Positions 18,686 to 28,773 of a DNA stretch of 64,000 nucleotides are shown here, in pieces. The DNA is from a virus: the IMG/VR virus record IMGVR_UViG_3300045912_000261, positions 48,534 through 112,533 of that record. One strand, given 5' to 3'. The position numbers were made by a program, and so were the translations under genes. How positions within the stretch are numbered: the first letter of the stretch is position 1; each line of letters begins with the position of its first letter. The notes below the pieces were generated by a model that was not told the origin of the DNA, did not search any database, and worked only from the letters and a program-made list of their open reading frames with translations.

Positions 18686-21661
18686 CTAGGTGTACATCCC
18701 TGCGATGTCTTCCGCGGGAAGCTGGAAGCGCATCTTGTTAATCTCCCTCTCGAGCTCCTTGAAGAACTGCTCAGGATCGTTGGTGTAGATGTTCACGGTA
18801 GCAATGTTGACGTTGGTGCCTCGGGGGGAGCGAGAGCCCTCAGTTCCACTCCCCCTTCGGCCATGCGTGGTCGGGGTCAGGACGGCCCCTCTAGAGGGCT
18901 TAATGCCCCTCTGTGCGTAAGACCGAATTGCCTGCAGCAGCACTTCGGCCCCCTTGGGTGTCGGGCGACTTAGCGGAACGATGGCCTCCGTACCATGCAG
19001 GAGGGCCCAGCTACCCGACATCGGTCCGTGGAAGATTCCCCCACTCTGGAAAACGTCGGCCCCTCTTCGCCTCCGCTCCTCCTGCTGGCGCCTTCGACGG
19101 GCCCTTCTAGCGCCTCCGGGAAGGGATCTGTCCAGGGCTTCGGCAGCGCCCCCTAAGGCTGCACCAAGAGTGCCCATTAGGGCCTGAGTGAGGATATCGG
19201 GGTTGAGCATCCCTTCGAAGCGCCTCATCAAGGCCTCTGCCAGCCTCATAGCTGATCCTTCAGGGGCCCTCTTGTTGCGCTCCATCTCCTCGGCGAAGTC
19301 GATCATCATCATGGCGGCAATGTTACGCGCCGACTCCGGCAGAAGCTTCAGCTGCTCAATCGCAGCCTGCTTAAGCCGAGCGGGGGTAACCTTTCCGAAC
19401 TCCAACCTTTGGTTGAAGAGGGTAAGCGCAGTTTGAATGCCTCCGCCACGAATGGCCTTGAGGGTGTCCTCGTTGAGGTTGGGCCCGAAGGTTATAGGAC
19501 TCATCTTACTGATGTCCCTACCCTCGCGGAGGAGCTCGTAGACCCTCTGCTCAGAGTTTCTCTGTCTCTCAAGGTCCTTCCGTCGGCCTCTCTCCATCAG
19601 CTCCCAGCCACCCCAGACACCCAACGCGAAGGCTGCAAGGGGTCCGGTCATTCCTCCAGGGATCTTCCTCATCGGACCCGGCATCTTTCCACCGGGAACT
19701 CCGGGAACTCCTCCCCCCGGGCCCATAGGAATAGTGAAAATAGGGTCTGATGCGCTACCCTTGGGGCGGCCCTCGAAGAACTTGCCGATACCAGGAATCT
19801 TGGAGAGAATGTTGACGCCGAAGGCCCGATTGGCGAAGACTGCGCCACCAGTAGCAGCAATTAGGACCTTCTTCACCCAGTCGGGCAGGTTGTTAAAGCC
19901 CTCCAGGATCCTTGTGAAGGCGGAGGCTACGGCACCGATTGCAGGGGCGAAGATCTCGGATACGAAGATGGCCAGCTCAGAGATGGCAGCGAGCATGCGA
20001 GGGAAGATTGGCCCCAGATGCTCAGTAAAGTTGCGGGCAACCTCGACAATGGCTGGCAGGACGCTGTTAGTGAGGGCATCCACAATGGGGTCGAGGAATG
20101 GATCCCCGATCTCAGCTAGCTCCATGATGGACTTAATTAGCCCCTCGAATAGCCTACCCAGAGCGCGCAGATGCGGAATTTGGTTGACGAACCCGATGCG
20201 CATATCCTGGGTGTTCATCCCCGAGATGCGGTCGAGCTGCCTCGCTAGCTCGTTCAGAATCCACGTTGCCAGCGGGGCTGCTGCGAACGTAACCTTGTTC
20301 CAGACATCCACGAGGGAAGTAAGGAAGTTCCAAATGGCCCGAAGGACCGGCCGCATCTGGTTAAAGGCCGACGTCCAGCCTCGCAGACCCTCATCAGAGG
20401 AGGCCGTTTCAGCCAAGCGGCCGAGCCACGAGTTGAGGCCTCGCAGGATCCATTGCGCCAGAGGCGTAGCCGCAATCATTACCCCCCGAAGCACGATGGC
20501 TAGCTTGCCGAAGGCTCTCGCAGTATCTTCGGCCAAATCGGGCATGGGAGCAAGCAGCCTCTGGTTGAGCTGGATCTCCCTGGGGTCGCGCATGAAGGAG
20601 ATGAACGATCGACCAAGACGTTCGTTGACATTACCCATCTCGCGGATGAATGGCCCGTAGATGGGTAGTAGCTCTGCTGCGGCGTTCAAGGTGTCCGCAG
20701 TGAGCCTGATGATCTGTTCCCTCATTCCAGAGGTTTCCTGCTCCCACACGCGGCCCAGCTGCTTGACAGCCCCAATAACAGCGTACTCCGAGGCCGTCAG
20801 CTTGGAGTTAGCCTCTTGGAGTTGCTTGAGCGCATCCCTGCGCTCCTGCGCCGTAGTGGCAGTATTGACGGCCTCGGCGGCTGCCTGCACTGCCTGGTAC
20901 TTTTCCTGGATGTCCGTGAGGGCAGGAATGCCTACCGCTGCAACGGCCGCGAACGCAAACCCAACCGCACCTAGGATGGGGAGCATAGCAGCTAAACCCG
21001 CGCCGAGGGCCGAGAGGACAGGGATGGCGGCCAGAACCGCCGCCGTCAAGGCCTCAACCGCAGTGGACAGCTCAGCCAAGAGACCGGTCATGGCTACGAC
21101 CACGAAGCCTGAGAAGCCTCCCAGGAAGCCTCTACGGCCCCGGAAGACCCTCAGGATGTCCCGGAAAGCCCCAATCGGCCCCCTTCCCCCTCCTCTACCA
21201 CCACCGCGTCTATCGAAGCCCTCTGCCCCCACCGCCCCTCCAACTCCAGCACCAACCATAGCCGCGAGGTTAGCTTCTCTTCTCGCCCTCTCAGCTCCTG
21301 CCCTAGCCCGGAGGGAGGGGTCTAGCCGGGGTGTAAACTCTCCCGTGGTGGTGTCGACCACTCCACCCAAGCGCTCCGCCCGCCTGTGCAGAGACTGGTA
21401 GCGCTTCATAAGAGCTATCCGGGCCTTAGCCCAGCGTTCCTCCTCCTCCCTAGTTCTCTTAACCTCCTCCCGGTGCCTCCGGATCCTATCGGTAAGCTTC
21501 GCGAGGGACCCAGTAGCATCCCGATTAAGCTGGTCCATCATCTTCGTCTGCCTGTTGTTGCGCTCCAACTCCCTTTCAAGGCGCGCAGCATTGTCCCGGA
21601 TGCGCCCTAGCTGGCGCGACATCCGGTCGTGCAGGACGAAGAAGGCGTCTACTCGGGCCAC
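18686..21661 (-). CDS. Tape measure protein
   Basis: 991-aa helical Ala/Leu-rich protein with hydrophobic segments after the chaperone; C-terminal FQSGGI...ALLHGTEAIVPL. Confidence 0.9.
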   Translation of the reverse strand: MARVDAFFVLHDRMSRQLGRIRDNAARLERELERNNRQTKMMDQLNRDATGSLAKLTDRIRRHREEVKRTREEEERWAKARIALMKRYQSLHRRAERLGGVVDTTTGEFTPRLDPSLRARAGAERARREANLAAMVGAGVGGAVGAEGFDRRGGGRGGGRGPIGAFRDILRVFRGRRGFLGGFSGFVVVAMTGLLAELSTAVEALTAAVLAAIPVLSALGAGLAAMLPILGAVGFAFAAVAAVGIPALTDIQEKYQAVQAAAEAVNTATTAQERRDALKQLQEANSKLTASEYAVIGAVKQLGRVWEQETSGMREQIIRLTADTLNAAAELLPIYGPFIREMGNVNERLGRSFISFMRDPREIQLNQRLLAPMPDLAEDTARAFGKLAIVLRGVMIAATPLAQWILRGLNSWLGRLAETASSDEGLRGWTSAFNQMRPVLRAIWNFLTSLVDVWNKVTFAAAPLATWILNELARQLDRISGMNTQDMRIGFVNQIPHLRALGRLFEGLIKSIMELAEIGDPFLDPIVDALTNSVLPAIVEVARNFTEHLGPIFPRMLAAISELAIFVSEIFAPAIGAVASAFTRILEGFNNLPDWVKKVLIAATGGAVFANRAFGVNILSKIPGIGKFFEGRPKGSASDPIFTIPMGPGGGVPGVPGGKMPGPMRKIPGGMTGPLAAFALGVWGGWELMERGRRKDLERQRNSEQRVYELLREGRDISKMSPITFGPNLNEDTLKAIRGGGIQTALTLFNQRLEFGKVTPARLKQAAIEQLKLLPESARNIAAMMMIDFAEEMERNKRAPEGSAMRLAEALMRRFEGMLNPDILTQALMGTLGAALGGAAEALDRSLPGGARRARRRRQQEERRRRGADVFQSGGIFHGPMSGSWALLHGTEAIVPLSRPTPKGAEVLLQAIRSYAQRGIKPSRGAVLTPTTHGRRGSGTEGSRSPRGTNVNIATVNIYTNDPEQFFKELEREINKMRFQLPAEDIAGMYT

Positions 21662-21885
21662 TAGACCCTCTGGGCGTCTTCCTCAGCCTTAATTTCGGCG
21701 CAAGCTGAAATGAAGGCTCGAGTCTTATGGGGGTTAGGCGGGGGAGGGATCCGCCACTGACCGGATCCCTCAGGCCACTCGCGCTCCTTGCCCATGTTGT
21801 AGAACTGGTACAAGTCTACATACCCCGCCCGGAACACGTTGTAAAGAGCGGTCGCAATTCCTGGACCGCTCTTTACGAGTTTTTT
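21661..21885 (-). CDS. Tail assembly chaperone, -1 frameshift extension
   Basis: After slippery A AAA AAC the -1 frame reads KLVKSGPGIATALYNVF...RAFISACAEIKAEEDAQRV* and ends at TAG overlapping the tape-measure GTG. Confidence 0.8.
   Translation of the reverse strand, partial: KKLVKSGPGIATALYNVFRAGYVDLYQFYNMGKEREWPEGSGQWRIPPPPNPHKTRAFISACAEIKAEEDAQRV
21841..21885 (-). other. Programmed -1 frameshift signal (AAAAAAC plus 13-bp stem-loop)
   Basis: Heptamer at 21879-21885, followed 2 nt later by perfect stem GTAAAGAGCGGTC/GACCGCTCTTTAC. Confidence 0.8.
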
Positions 21886-22385
21886 ACTACTGTCACCGCG
21901 TCGTCGCCGCCACCGGAGAGATCCATGACGATCTCAGCTACGGAGCTCAGTTCCAGAGGCTTGAACTTCTCCATGAGGAAATCCGCTAGACTACGGTGCC
22001 CCACGTGCTTGGTGAAGTCGGGCTCCACGAGGGCTGCCGCAACAATGTGCGCCGACATCTCCGTAAGGCGACGGTTGGGCCTCGAGTTGTCCCTCAGACG
22101 CCTCCGGCCAGCCCTGCTCCCGAGGGAAGAGTCGTCGAACATCTCGAAGATGTCACCCAACTCCCTCTCTGAAAGCTCCCTGACCGTGAGGTGGAAGGGA
22201 CGCCCGAGACGCTGGGTCCAGGAACGGATCTCCACCGTCTCGGTGTCAACTGCTGCTGCGTCCGCGCTGAGGAAGGCATCCACGATGTCCTTCTCGTCTT
22301 CGGGCGTCATGCCCGCACCAACCGTAATCCCAGGATCCTCCTCCTGGGGGCCGGCATCCTCTGGAACGTGTGAAACAACCGACAT
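21873..22385 (-). CDS. Tail assembly chaperone (XkdN-like)
   Basis: Between tube and tape measure; IVAAALVEPDF, DLSG...VKN C-terminus. Confidence 0.8.
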   Translation of the reverse strand: MSVVSHVPEDAGPQEEDPGITVGAGMTPEDEKDIVDAFLSADAAAVDTETVEIRSWTQRLGRPFHLTVRELSERELGDIFEMFDDSSLGSRAGRRRLRDNSRPNRRLTEMSAHIVAAALVEPDFTKHVGHRSLADFLMEKFKPLELSSVAEIVMDLSGGGDDAVTVVKNS

Positions 22386-22553
22386 GTGAGGGCTCCTTCG
22401 TACTGCTTGTGTGGAACAGGACTCCCCGGAATGGCCGAAGCCGGCATTTTTTTTTGGGGAGGAAACACCCTCCGTGCGGGCCGCGGAGCGAGGTCGCAGG
22501 ACCAGGCTCCGGTGAGGCCGTCACTTCAGAGTGTCATGCCTATCACTCGCTTG

Positions 22554-23018
22554 TTACGGGGCTGGGATCCTGGCGCCCGGCTCGACACCTTCGAACGAGA
22601 AGGGCCACTCCCGCCCGACCAGGTCGGTAAGCTGGAAACCACCAGTGTACGACCAGAACAGAACGTCCAGGAGGGTCTCTGTCTCTCGCCCATGTGCGTG
22701 AGGGCTGTCCAGGGCCACCAGAAGGTTCAGAGGCGGCCTAGGATCGATGCCGGCATCGCGCATGGCCCGAAGCTGCTGCGGCGTCGTAGCCACGTAGTTC
22801 AGGAACGTATCCTCCCAACGGGAATACACCTTGTGCATCCGTAGGGTGCCTGTGCCGGTAATGATCCCTTCCGTAAAGGTGTTCCACCGGGTTCCAACCT
22901 GGGGTACGTCTACCCTCTCGATTTCGATCGAGTACTCAATGCCCGTCACCTCAGCGAGGATCTGGCCATCGCGGTAAACTTCACCCCATCTCCCGTGGAC
23001 GACTTTCACCCTTGGCAT
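22554..23018 (-). CDS. Tail tube protein (XkdM-like)
   Basis: HGRWGEVYRDG..LAEV...GTGTLRMHKVYS...EWPFSF. Confidence 0.85.
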   Translation of the reverse strand: MPRVKVVHGRWGEVYRDGQILAEVTGIEYSIEIERVDVPQVGTRWNTFTEGIITGTGTLRMHKVYSRWEDTFLNYVATTPQQLRAMRDAGIDPRPPLNLLVALDSPHAHGRETETLLDVLFWSYTGGFQLTDLVGREWPFSFEGVEPGARIPAP

Positions 23019-23035
23019 ACTCTATGCTCCTTCCC

Positions 23036-24484
23036 TTATGCTGCCGGGATGCTTACGCGGCCAAGGATTTGTTCGATGCCCGGCGCAGGCTTGTACGAGA
23101 ACAGGATGTAGAGCGTCTCGCCCGTGTTGTCCTGTGCGGGGTCGTAAACCACGGTTGCCCCTGGGACGGTAACGTCGGCCTCTTCGAGGGCCTTCAGCTC
23201 GCCTCGGAACATCGCCAGGATGCTGTCGCGGCCGGACGGGGTGTTCGAGATCGGCTGCCCGATGATCCGCTCCTGTACTAGGAGATCGAACCTACGGAAG
23301 GTGTGGTGCAGCCTCCGCATGAACAGAAGGCTGTCGAACTTACCCTTGTTGGGATCCGTTGCTGACGTAGCCTGGTAGGTTGTCTTGCCACGCTGTAGGC
23401 GCACGATGCCGGAGTCGTTGACGATCGGCACGACGCCCCCGCGCACCATGGACTCAACCTCAGTCACGGACGGAGGAGAGGCTAGCTGTACGCCCTCAAG
23501 GCGAGCACCCGAGATCGAGCGGTACTGAGCCGCCGCGGAAATGATCCCCGCGATCCGGGCAGCCATCCTTGCGGAGTTGTAAGGCAGGCCGTCGACAGTG
23601 ACGTCCCCGTGGATAGCAACAACGTACTCAGAGGCCAGTGCGGTCGCTCGGGTAATGGCCGCAGCCGAAGTCTCAGACGTAGGACCACCGATCACCATGT
23701 GGAACAACTTGCCCTCAGAGTTCAGGCGCTTGGTCCACTCGACGTAGGCCGTACGGATGGCGCCCGTGTCGTCAGGCAGGTCGTCCACTGCGAAAGTGTC
23801 GAAGCCGCCGTAGGCCTCGAACGCATCCATCGCAGCCGTGTGGTCCCCAGCTACGAGGGAAGTTCCTGAGTTACCGCCCGTAAGAGCCTGGTTGGTGACT
23901 ACCGCGAGCGCCACACCATCAATGAGCACCGCCGCGTCGACGAACTGGGACCGCGCGTTAATCGAAGCCGCGAATCCCGCAATGTTCGCCTTCGTGTCCG
24001 TGAAAGTCTCCCTAAGGGTAGTACCTTCCAGAATGAGGATGTCATTCTTAGTTGCGTCTCCTGGTGTCTCACGGACAGTCACACGCAGGTTGTTGCCCCG
24101 AGTGCCCTTGTATGCCGCCGTCAGGGTAAGGGCGGCCGCTGGTGTGGTGTTGTTGAGCGTAATCGCCGCTTTCGCACCCGCGGACCCCACCGCCCGGTAT
24201 GCCAGAACCGTGGAGGCTCCGTTGCGCTCGGCTGTCCCCTCTCCCTCAAGTGCCTGAGTGATGGTGAAGTGCGCTGTTGAAGTGCTGCCATAGGTGGCCA
24301 GGGCCTGAGACTCAGTTCCAATCTCGACGATTGAGTTGTCAGGACCCCAGTCTGCCTTGACTACTACTGCCGCAACCCCCCTAGATACGTCTCGCGTCTT
24401 GGGGAGGGCTGCGACCTCGACGTTGATGAAGACTCCGCCTCTCTGAGGCGGGTCTGTGACGTTGTAACTACCTCCGAATGCCAT
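23036..24484 (-). CDS. Tail sheath protein (XkdK-like)
   Basis: RGGVFIN, ADWGP, TAAYKGTRGNNLRVTV, LTGGNSG, IG..SNTPSGR. Confidence 0.9.
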   Translation of the reverse strand: MAFGGSYNVTDPPQRGGVFINVEVAALPKTRDVSRGVAAVVVKADWGPDNSIVEIGTESQALATYGSTSTAHFTITQALEGEGTAERNGASTVLAYRAVGSAGAKAAITLNNTTPAAALTLTAAYKGTRGNNLRVTVRETPGDATKNDILILEGTTLRETFTDTKANIAGFAASINARSQFVDAAVLIDGVALAVVTNQALTGGNSGTSLVAGDHTAAMDAFEAYGGFDTFAVDDLPDDTGAIRTAYVEWTKRLNSEGKLFHMVIGGPTSETSAAAITRATALASEYVVAIHGDVTVDGLPYNSARMAARIAGIISAAAQYRSISGARLEGVQLASPPSVTEVESMVRGGVVPIVNDSGIVRLQRGKTTYQATSATDPNKGKFDSLLFMRRLHHTFRRFDLLVQERIIGQPISNTPSGRDSILAMFRGELKALEEADVTVPGATVVYDPAQDNTGETLYILFSYKPAPGIEQILGRVSIPAA

Positions 24485-24495
24485 CTATCCGCCTC

Positions 24496-24765
24496 CTAGC
24501 TAACTTCGCGGGAGAGGAAGTCTTCAACAGCCCTCTTAGCCTCTTCGCGAGTGCACTCAGAGACCCCTAGAAGAGCCGCGTGTACAATCTCAGGCTTGGT
24601 GCCTAGAGCCGCGAACGAGTTCTCTGCCCACACGCTCGAGGACTGCATGTTGGGGGCCTCGAAGGTCGTGGGCTCGGGCGCAGATGCCTCCTCCTGCTTC
24701 TCAACAGCCTCCTCCTGGGACGACTGCGACTGAGGTGCTGCCTTCTTGGTGCTCTTCTGCTCCAT
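24496..24765 (-). CDS. YqzN/YkzM-like small tail-region protein
   Basis: C-term LG.KPEIVHAAL....T.EEAKRAVEDFLSREV; directly upstream of sheath as in PBSX-like modules. Confidence 0.6.
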   Translation of the reverse strand: MEQKSTKKAAPQSQSSQEEAVEKQEEASAPEPTTFEAPNMQSSSVWAENSFAALGTKPEIVHAALLGVSECTREEAKRAVEDFLSREVS

Positions 24766-24774
24766 TGGTACCTT

Positions 24775-25305
24775 CTACGGTAGAGTGTGCGTGTACTCGA
24801 CGTCAGTAACAAAGGGAGGCAGCGGAAACTCAGGACTACGTTCAACCGTGTAAGTAAGATCCACGGCGATGGTCCACAACCCGTACTCGTCCCTTCGAGG
24901 CTGCACGCTAACGGACTCGCTGTTGATGAAGATCCAGTGGTCCGTGTCCACCGGTGCGTCAGGATCACTGAAGTCGTAGATCTTTACTAGACCACGCAGC
25001 CTCTCATCGTTCCTGACCAATACTCTCGACAGCCATGTGGCCGCCTTATTCTTCTCGTAGTGCGTGTCCGCTGCTGTGGGCGAGCCGTACCACATCAAGC
25101 TGACAGAACGTTCCTCCCAGTAGTGGTACGGTCCATCATCCTGAATGCCCATAGTCAGAACGGACAAATGGATCATCGGTCTCTCGAAAGCCCCCTCATC
25201 CTCACGGATCCGGACTTCCTCAGGACACTCCGGGTGGGTGCGGAGCCAGAGGCTAAAGCTCTCCAGCTCGTGCTCGACGCCATCTAGCGGGTACGGTCGG
25301 ATCAC
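24775..25305 (-). CDS. Putative tail terminator/completion protein
   Basis: Synteny between neck genes and sheath, acidic 176 aa. Confidence 0.6.
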   Translation of the reverse strand: MIRPYPLDGVEHELESFSLWLRTHPECPEEVRIREDEGAFERPMIHLSVLTMGIQDDGPYHYWEERSVSLMWYGSPTAADTHYEKNKAATWLSRVLVRNDERLRGLVKIYDFSDPDAPVDTDHWIFINSESVSVQPRRDEYGLWTIAVDLTYTVERSPEFPLPPFVTDVEYTHTLP

Positions 25306-25766
25306 AGGCGGCTAATTACCTTCCAGCGGTAGAACATACCTTCCATCCGCCCTCGGAGGGTTCGCTCGAAGTTGCGAGCTCCGCGGGCAAACATTTTCAC
25401 AGGAGCGGTTCCAGGGTGCTGTACGTTATCGTAGAAGACAACTTGCCCCTTTCGTCCCCAGTAAAACTTGAGGGCCTTCTTTCCAGTTCCATGCTTGATC
25501 TGGTGGGGCCGAGTACCGTCCTCAACGAAGCTTGCGTAGGGGAGCTCGCTCTTCGCACCTCCCCGCCAAGTTCGAAGACGGATTCTCTGAGTCCTGATGG
25601 GCTCGATGGAGTCCCACAAGCGGCCAGTCTTGACAGGGGTCACCCGCCGGATATGCTGTACGAGCTCCTCAGACTCTTCCTCTGTGAGCCTACGCATAAA
25701 GAAGGGAAGGTGAAAGAGACCAAGGTCAATGGAACGGACGACTGATCCCCGAACGTAAACAGGCAT
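25302..25766 (-). CDS. HK97 gp10-like neck protein
   Basis: TPVKTGRLWDSI...YASFVEDGTRPH.I...KALKF...VQHPGT. Confidence 0.85.
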   Translation of the reverse strand: MPVYVRGSVVRSIDLGLFHLPFFMRRLTEEESEELVQHIRRVTPVKTGRLWDSIEPIRTQRIRLRTWRGGAKSELPYASFVEDGTRPHQIKHGTGKKALKFYWGRKGQVVFYDNVQHPGTAPVKMFARGARNFERTLRGRMEGMFYRWKVISRL

Positions 25767-26170
25767 CAGTGCTCCTCCAGCTTCCTCAGGGGAACAACCT
25801 GGAGGAGCTCCCTCTTGAGGTTCCGAGGCCTCTGAACTACTCCCACGACCTCGAAAGTTGCGTAGGGGACGAAGGTGCTAGAGCCCCTGTTGCCTCTTTC
25901 AACCGTGACCGTATCGGCGGCTGTGAACTCGAGGGGAACGTCATTGACGTCATCAAGCGCACAGATCATGGTGTGCGTGATCTCGAGTTCTTTACGCATG
26001 GCCCTTCCTACCTCAGAAGCGTTCGCCGGATCGATCCGACAGCGAAAGTATGGAGTCATCGTGGGGACGATTTGTGTCTCGCCCCTAATGCGTGGACCCT
26101 TTACTCTCCGGGTTGCTCTTGCCCTATCCGTGAAGACCTTCCGGATGTTAGGCGGGGTACGCTGGGGCAT
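25766..26170 (-). CDS. Putative head closure/stopper protein
   Basis: Size and synteny in neck module. Confidence 0.55.
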   Translation of the reverse strand: MPQRTPPNIRKVFTDRARATRRVKGPRIRGETQIVPTMTPYFRCRIDPANASEVGRAMRKELEITHTMICALDDVNDVPLEFTAADTVTVERGNRGSSTFVPYATFEVVGVVQRPRNLKRELLQVVPLRKLEEH

Positions 26171-26703
26171 TACGGCCCCGGATTACGGTAAGGTAGGGAG
26201 AACCAATCAAACTCGGTAACTGCCGAAGCAGGAGGCTCCTCTGAAGAGCCTCTGACGTCCGCAAGCCACTTCTCCCAACACTCGGGAGTGATAAGTAGGT
26301 AGAGCAGGTCGTGCAGTGCAGGAAGCGGGTTGAGCAGCTGGCGCTCTTCGATCTTCGCCGCTCGATCGTACTTAGTCTCCGAGTATCCTGGAACGGAGAA
26401 CGAACGGACGAGGTCCGCCAAGGCTTCGTCGGAGTAGTCGGTGCTCTCGTGGATGACCTGTTGGACTAGGCGAAGGAGGACAGCTCTCCTGGCAAGGATT
26501 ACATCAGCCTCGTTGGCGGGATCCGCAGCATTGAGTGCATCGAAGTCCCTACAGGTCCTCTTCTCTACATAGTTCCAAGCTAAGGTAAGCTCTTCCTGCA
26601 GAGCTGTATCAGGGGCAGGTGAAGGGTCCGGAAATCCGTTAGCCACAAGGAACGGATTGATCCTTGGATTGGCCCTGACCTCCGCTGGGGTGATTCTGTC
26701 CAT
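26170..26703 (-). CDS. Putative head-tail adaptor
   Basis: A..YVE..T.R.F, SFSV.GYSET.Y pattern; synteny after capsid. Confidence 0.65.
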   Translation of the reverse strand: MDRITPAEVRANPRINPFLVANGFPDPSPAPDTALQEELTLAWNYVEKRTCRDFDALNAADPANEADVILARRAVLLRLVQQVIHESTDYSDEALADLVRSFSVPGYSETKYDRAAKIEERQLLNPLPALHDLLYLLITPECWEKWLADVRGSSEEPPASAVTEFDWFSLPYRNPGP

Positions 26704-26761
26704 TACTTGAGGCGGTGGATTGGCCCCTCACACAGTGTGCTAGGAGCCATTCCTTACCGTC

Positions 26762-27289
26762 CTACGACTCCTGGGCAGCTTTGCGCTCTGCAACCTGCCG
26801 CTCGTACTCCTCGTCGGTCATCTGCGCACGTCCCTTCTCACCGATCGCGGGCACGTGATCGACCTCGAGGTCATGCTCTACTACGACCTTCTTCCCGTTA
26901 TCGGTCAGGACGCCAACAAGATAGGGCCCTCGGACTGAGTAGTCCATCAGGTCGTCTGGGTTAAAGTCGTCCCCCAGTTCCTTCTTGAAGTACGCCTTGG
27001 CCTTACTGGGCTTCAGCTTGTCAGTGGCTTCATCAATCCGGGCGTACTGCTGAGCCAGCTCCAACTTCGTCGGGCCCGTAGGCTCTTCAGGAGCTGAGGC
27101 TGGCTCCGCAGACATCTTAGCCACAGCCTCCTCGAGGACGTCGAGGCGCTTCAGCAGAGACTGCTCGCGGGCTGCTGAAGTTGGACCCGCGGCAGGAGCA
27201 GGAGCCTGCGACGGCGTGGCTGGTGCTTCTTTCGAAGACGCCTGCTTCTGCTGCGCTGGAGCCTGCTGAGGGCTCTTCTGCTCTGGCAT
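26762..27289 (-). CDS. Hypothetical protein downstream of capsid
   Basis: 175 aa, GGAGG SD, low-complexity N-terminus. Confidence 0.6.
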   Translation of the reverse strand: MPEQKSPQQAPAQQKQASSKEAPATPSQAPAPAAGPTSAAREQSLLKRLDVLEEAVAKMSAEPASAPEEPTGPTKLELAQQYARIDEATDKLKPSKAKAYFKKELGDDFNPDDLMDYSVRGPYLVGVLTDNGKKVVVEHDLEVDHVPAIGEKGRAQMTDEEYERQVAERKAAQES

Positions 27290-27301
27290 TTACTACCTCC
27301 G

Positions 27302-28345
27302 TTACGCGACTGCGGCCTTAAACGCGGACCTCCACTCCCACATCTTGACGGCCCAGAAGTGCCGGATCTTCCACCAGATCTCGTCGTACTCGAAGGTGTA
27401 CGGGTTGTGCTGCATCCCGCCCATGAGCAGACGAATGTGGGGGTCGCGGAGGTACACACTGGGGTTCTCCATCCCGTTGAGGAAGGCGACCACCATCGGA
27501 GCGCGCCCCTGCATCGGGTCGGTGAACAGGTACCAGTCGTTCGCGTCCGTAAGGTACGGCTCGACGACTACGTCGACAGCACCGCGGACGGCGTTCCAAG
27601 AGGTGAGCCCAGTGCCCGGCTGGTAGATTGGCGCGTCCGAAACGATCCGGCGAGCCGTAAACTCCAGCTGCGGGGGAACAACTAGGGTCTTGGGGCGAAC
27701 CCCAATCCGCCTGCCGTCCGAGTCCGTCTGGGTCTTCATGGTTGTCAGGGCAGAGGCGAGGGAAGCCTCAGACAGCGCAGTGCTACCCAGGTTGTTGTGC
27801 GTTGCGTGGAAGAATGCCACGCCATCGTACGCGTTCCCCGGGTTCTCGAGAGTGTTCTGCACGATGTCGATGGACAGCGTCATGGCTGCCGCCTCGGCCA
27901 TCATGCTCGGGACCTCCCGGAACTTCATCAGGTCATCGTTCGTGATGGTCTCGAACGTGAGGGAGAACGTACGACCGAACTTCTTGAGCTGGATCTTGGG
28001 CCCAGCAATCTCGGTCACCTGCGCGTCGTGGTACTCACCACCCTCGCGCACCTGAAGAAGCTCGGGGAACCCTGAAAGGCTCACCCACGAGACTTCCTTG
28101 AAGTCGCGAACCGTGAACGGCCGGACAAAGGCCTTGTACTCAGATGTCCACCGGGTGTACCGGTCCATGAACATCTTGTTGACCTTGTCGTCCAGGTACG
28201 TGGGGAAGTCGGTAGTAGCACCAGACTCCCGAAGCTCCTGAGCCTCAGGGGAATGGAGCCACTCCTTGTAACCCTCGTACAGGAGGACAGAGTGTCCGAT
28301 CTCGCCGTAGTCCTCGACTCCCGGGAGTCCGAACAGCTGACTCAT
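27302..28345 (-). CDS. Major capsid protein, Mu gpT-like (HK97 fold)
   Basis: TTDFP, VRDFK, V.EGGEY, FGRTFSLT.E.I.NDD, DG..FFHATH.N, P..LVVPPQLE, PYLTD..DWYL. Confidence 0.9.
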   Translation of the reverse strand: MSQLFGLPGVEDYGEIGHSVLLYEGYKEWLHSPEAQELRESGATTDFPTYLDDKVNKMFMDRYTRWTSEYKAFVRPFTVRDFKEVSWVSLSGFPELLQVREGGEYHDAQVTEIAGPKIQLKKFGRTFSLTFETITNDDLMKFREVPSMMAEAAAMTLSIDIVQNTLENPGNAYDGVAFFHATHNNLGSTALSEASLASALTTMKTQTDSDGRRIGVRPKTLVVPPQLEFTARRIVSDAPIYQPGTGLTSWNAVRGAVDVVVEPYLTDANDWYLFTDPMQGRAPMVVAFLNGMENPSVYLRDPHIRLLMGGMQHNPYTFEYDEIWWKIRHFWAVKMWEWRSAFKAAVA

Positions 28346-28381
28346 TTGCCTTACTCCTCTAGTTGCTGGTCGTGGACTACG

Positions 28382-28738
28382 TTACGCAGTAGCGGGCTGG
28401 TTACTGTGCAGCAGGAACCACATCTTGCCGGCAGGAACACCTGGCTCGTCGTCTAGGCGATAGACCCGCCCGATGAGACGCTTGCCCGCGCCCGCGGTAA
28501 GCGAGATGGTGTTGTCGGCGGCTGTGAGGTAAACCTCACCACCCTTTGCTGCAGCCCCGCCTGGGTCGGTGATCTCGAAGATCCCCTTGATGCGGAGCGT
28601 GTACTTCTCCCCGGACGCGGCGTTGACCTCCGGGATGCCCACCCAGCCCTGCTCGATAACGGGCACGCCGGCAGTGCGGGCGGCAGCGGCGGTGACCTCA
28701 ATCCGGCCATCGTCCAGGTTGCCACGATGGTTCAGCAT
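28382..28738 (-). CDS. Capsid cement/decoration protein (DUF2190-like)
   Basis: AG.PV.....VGI....AASGE...L.IKGIFE...G..VY; directly upstream of Mu-like capsid gene. Confidence 0.75.
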   Translation of the reverse strand: MLNHRGNLDDGRIEVTAAAARTAGVPVIEQGWVGIPEVNAASGEKYTLRIKGIFEITDPGGAAAKGGEVYLTAADNTISLTAGAGKRLIGRVYRLDDEPGVPAGKMWFLLHSNQPATA

Positions 28739-28773
28739 GCTCTATTGCTCCTAACTATCTCGAACGGGATGGG

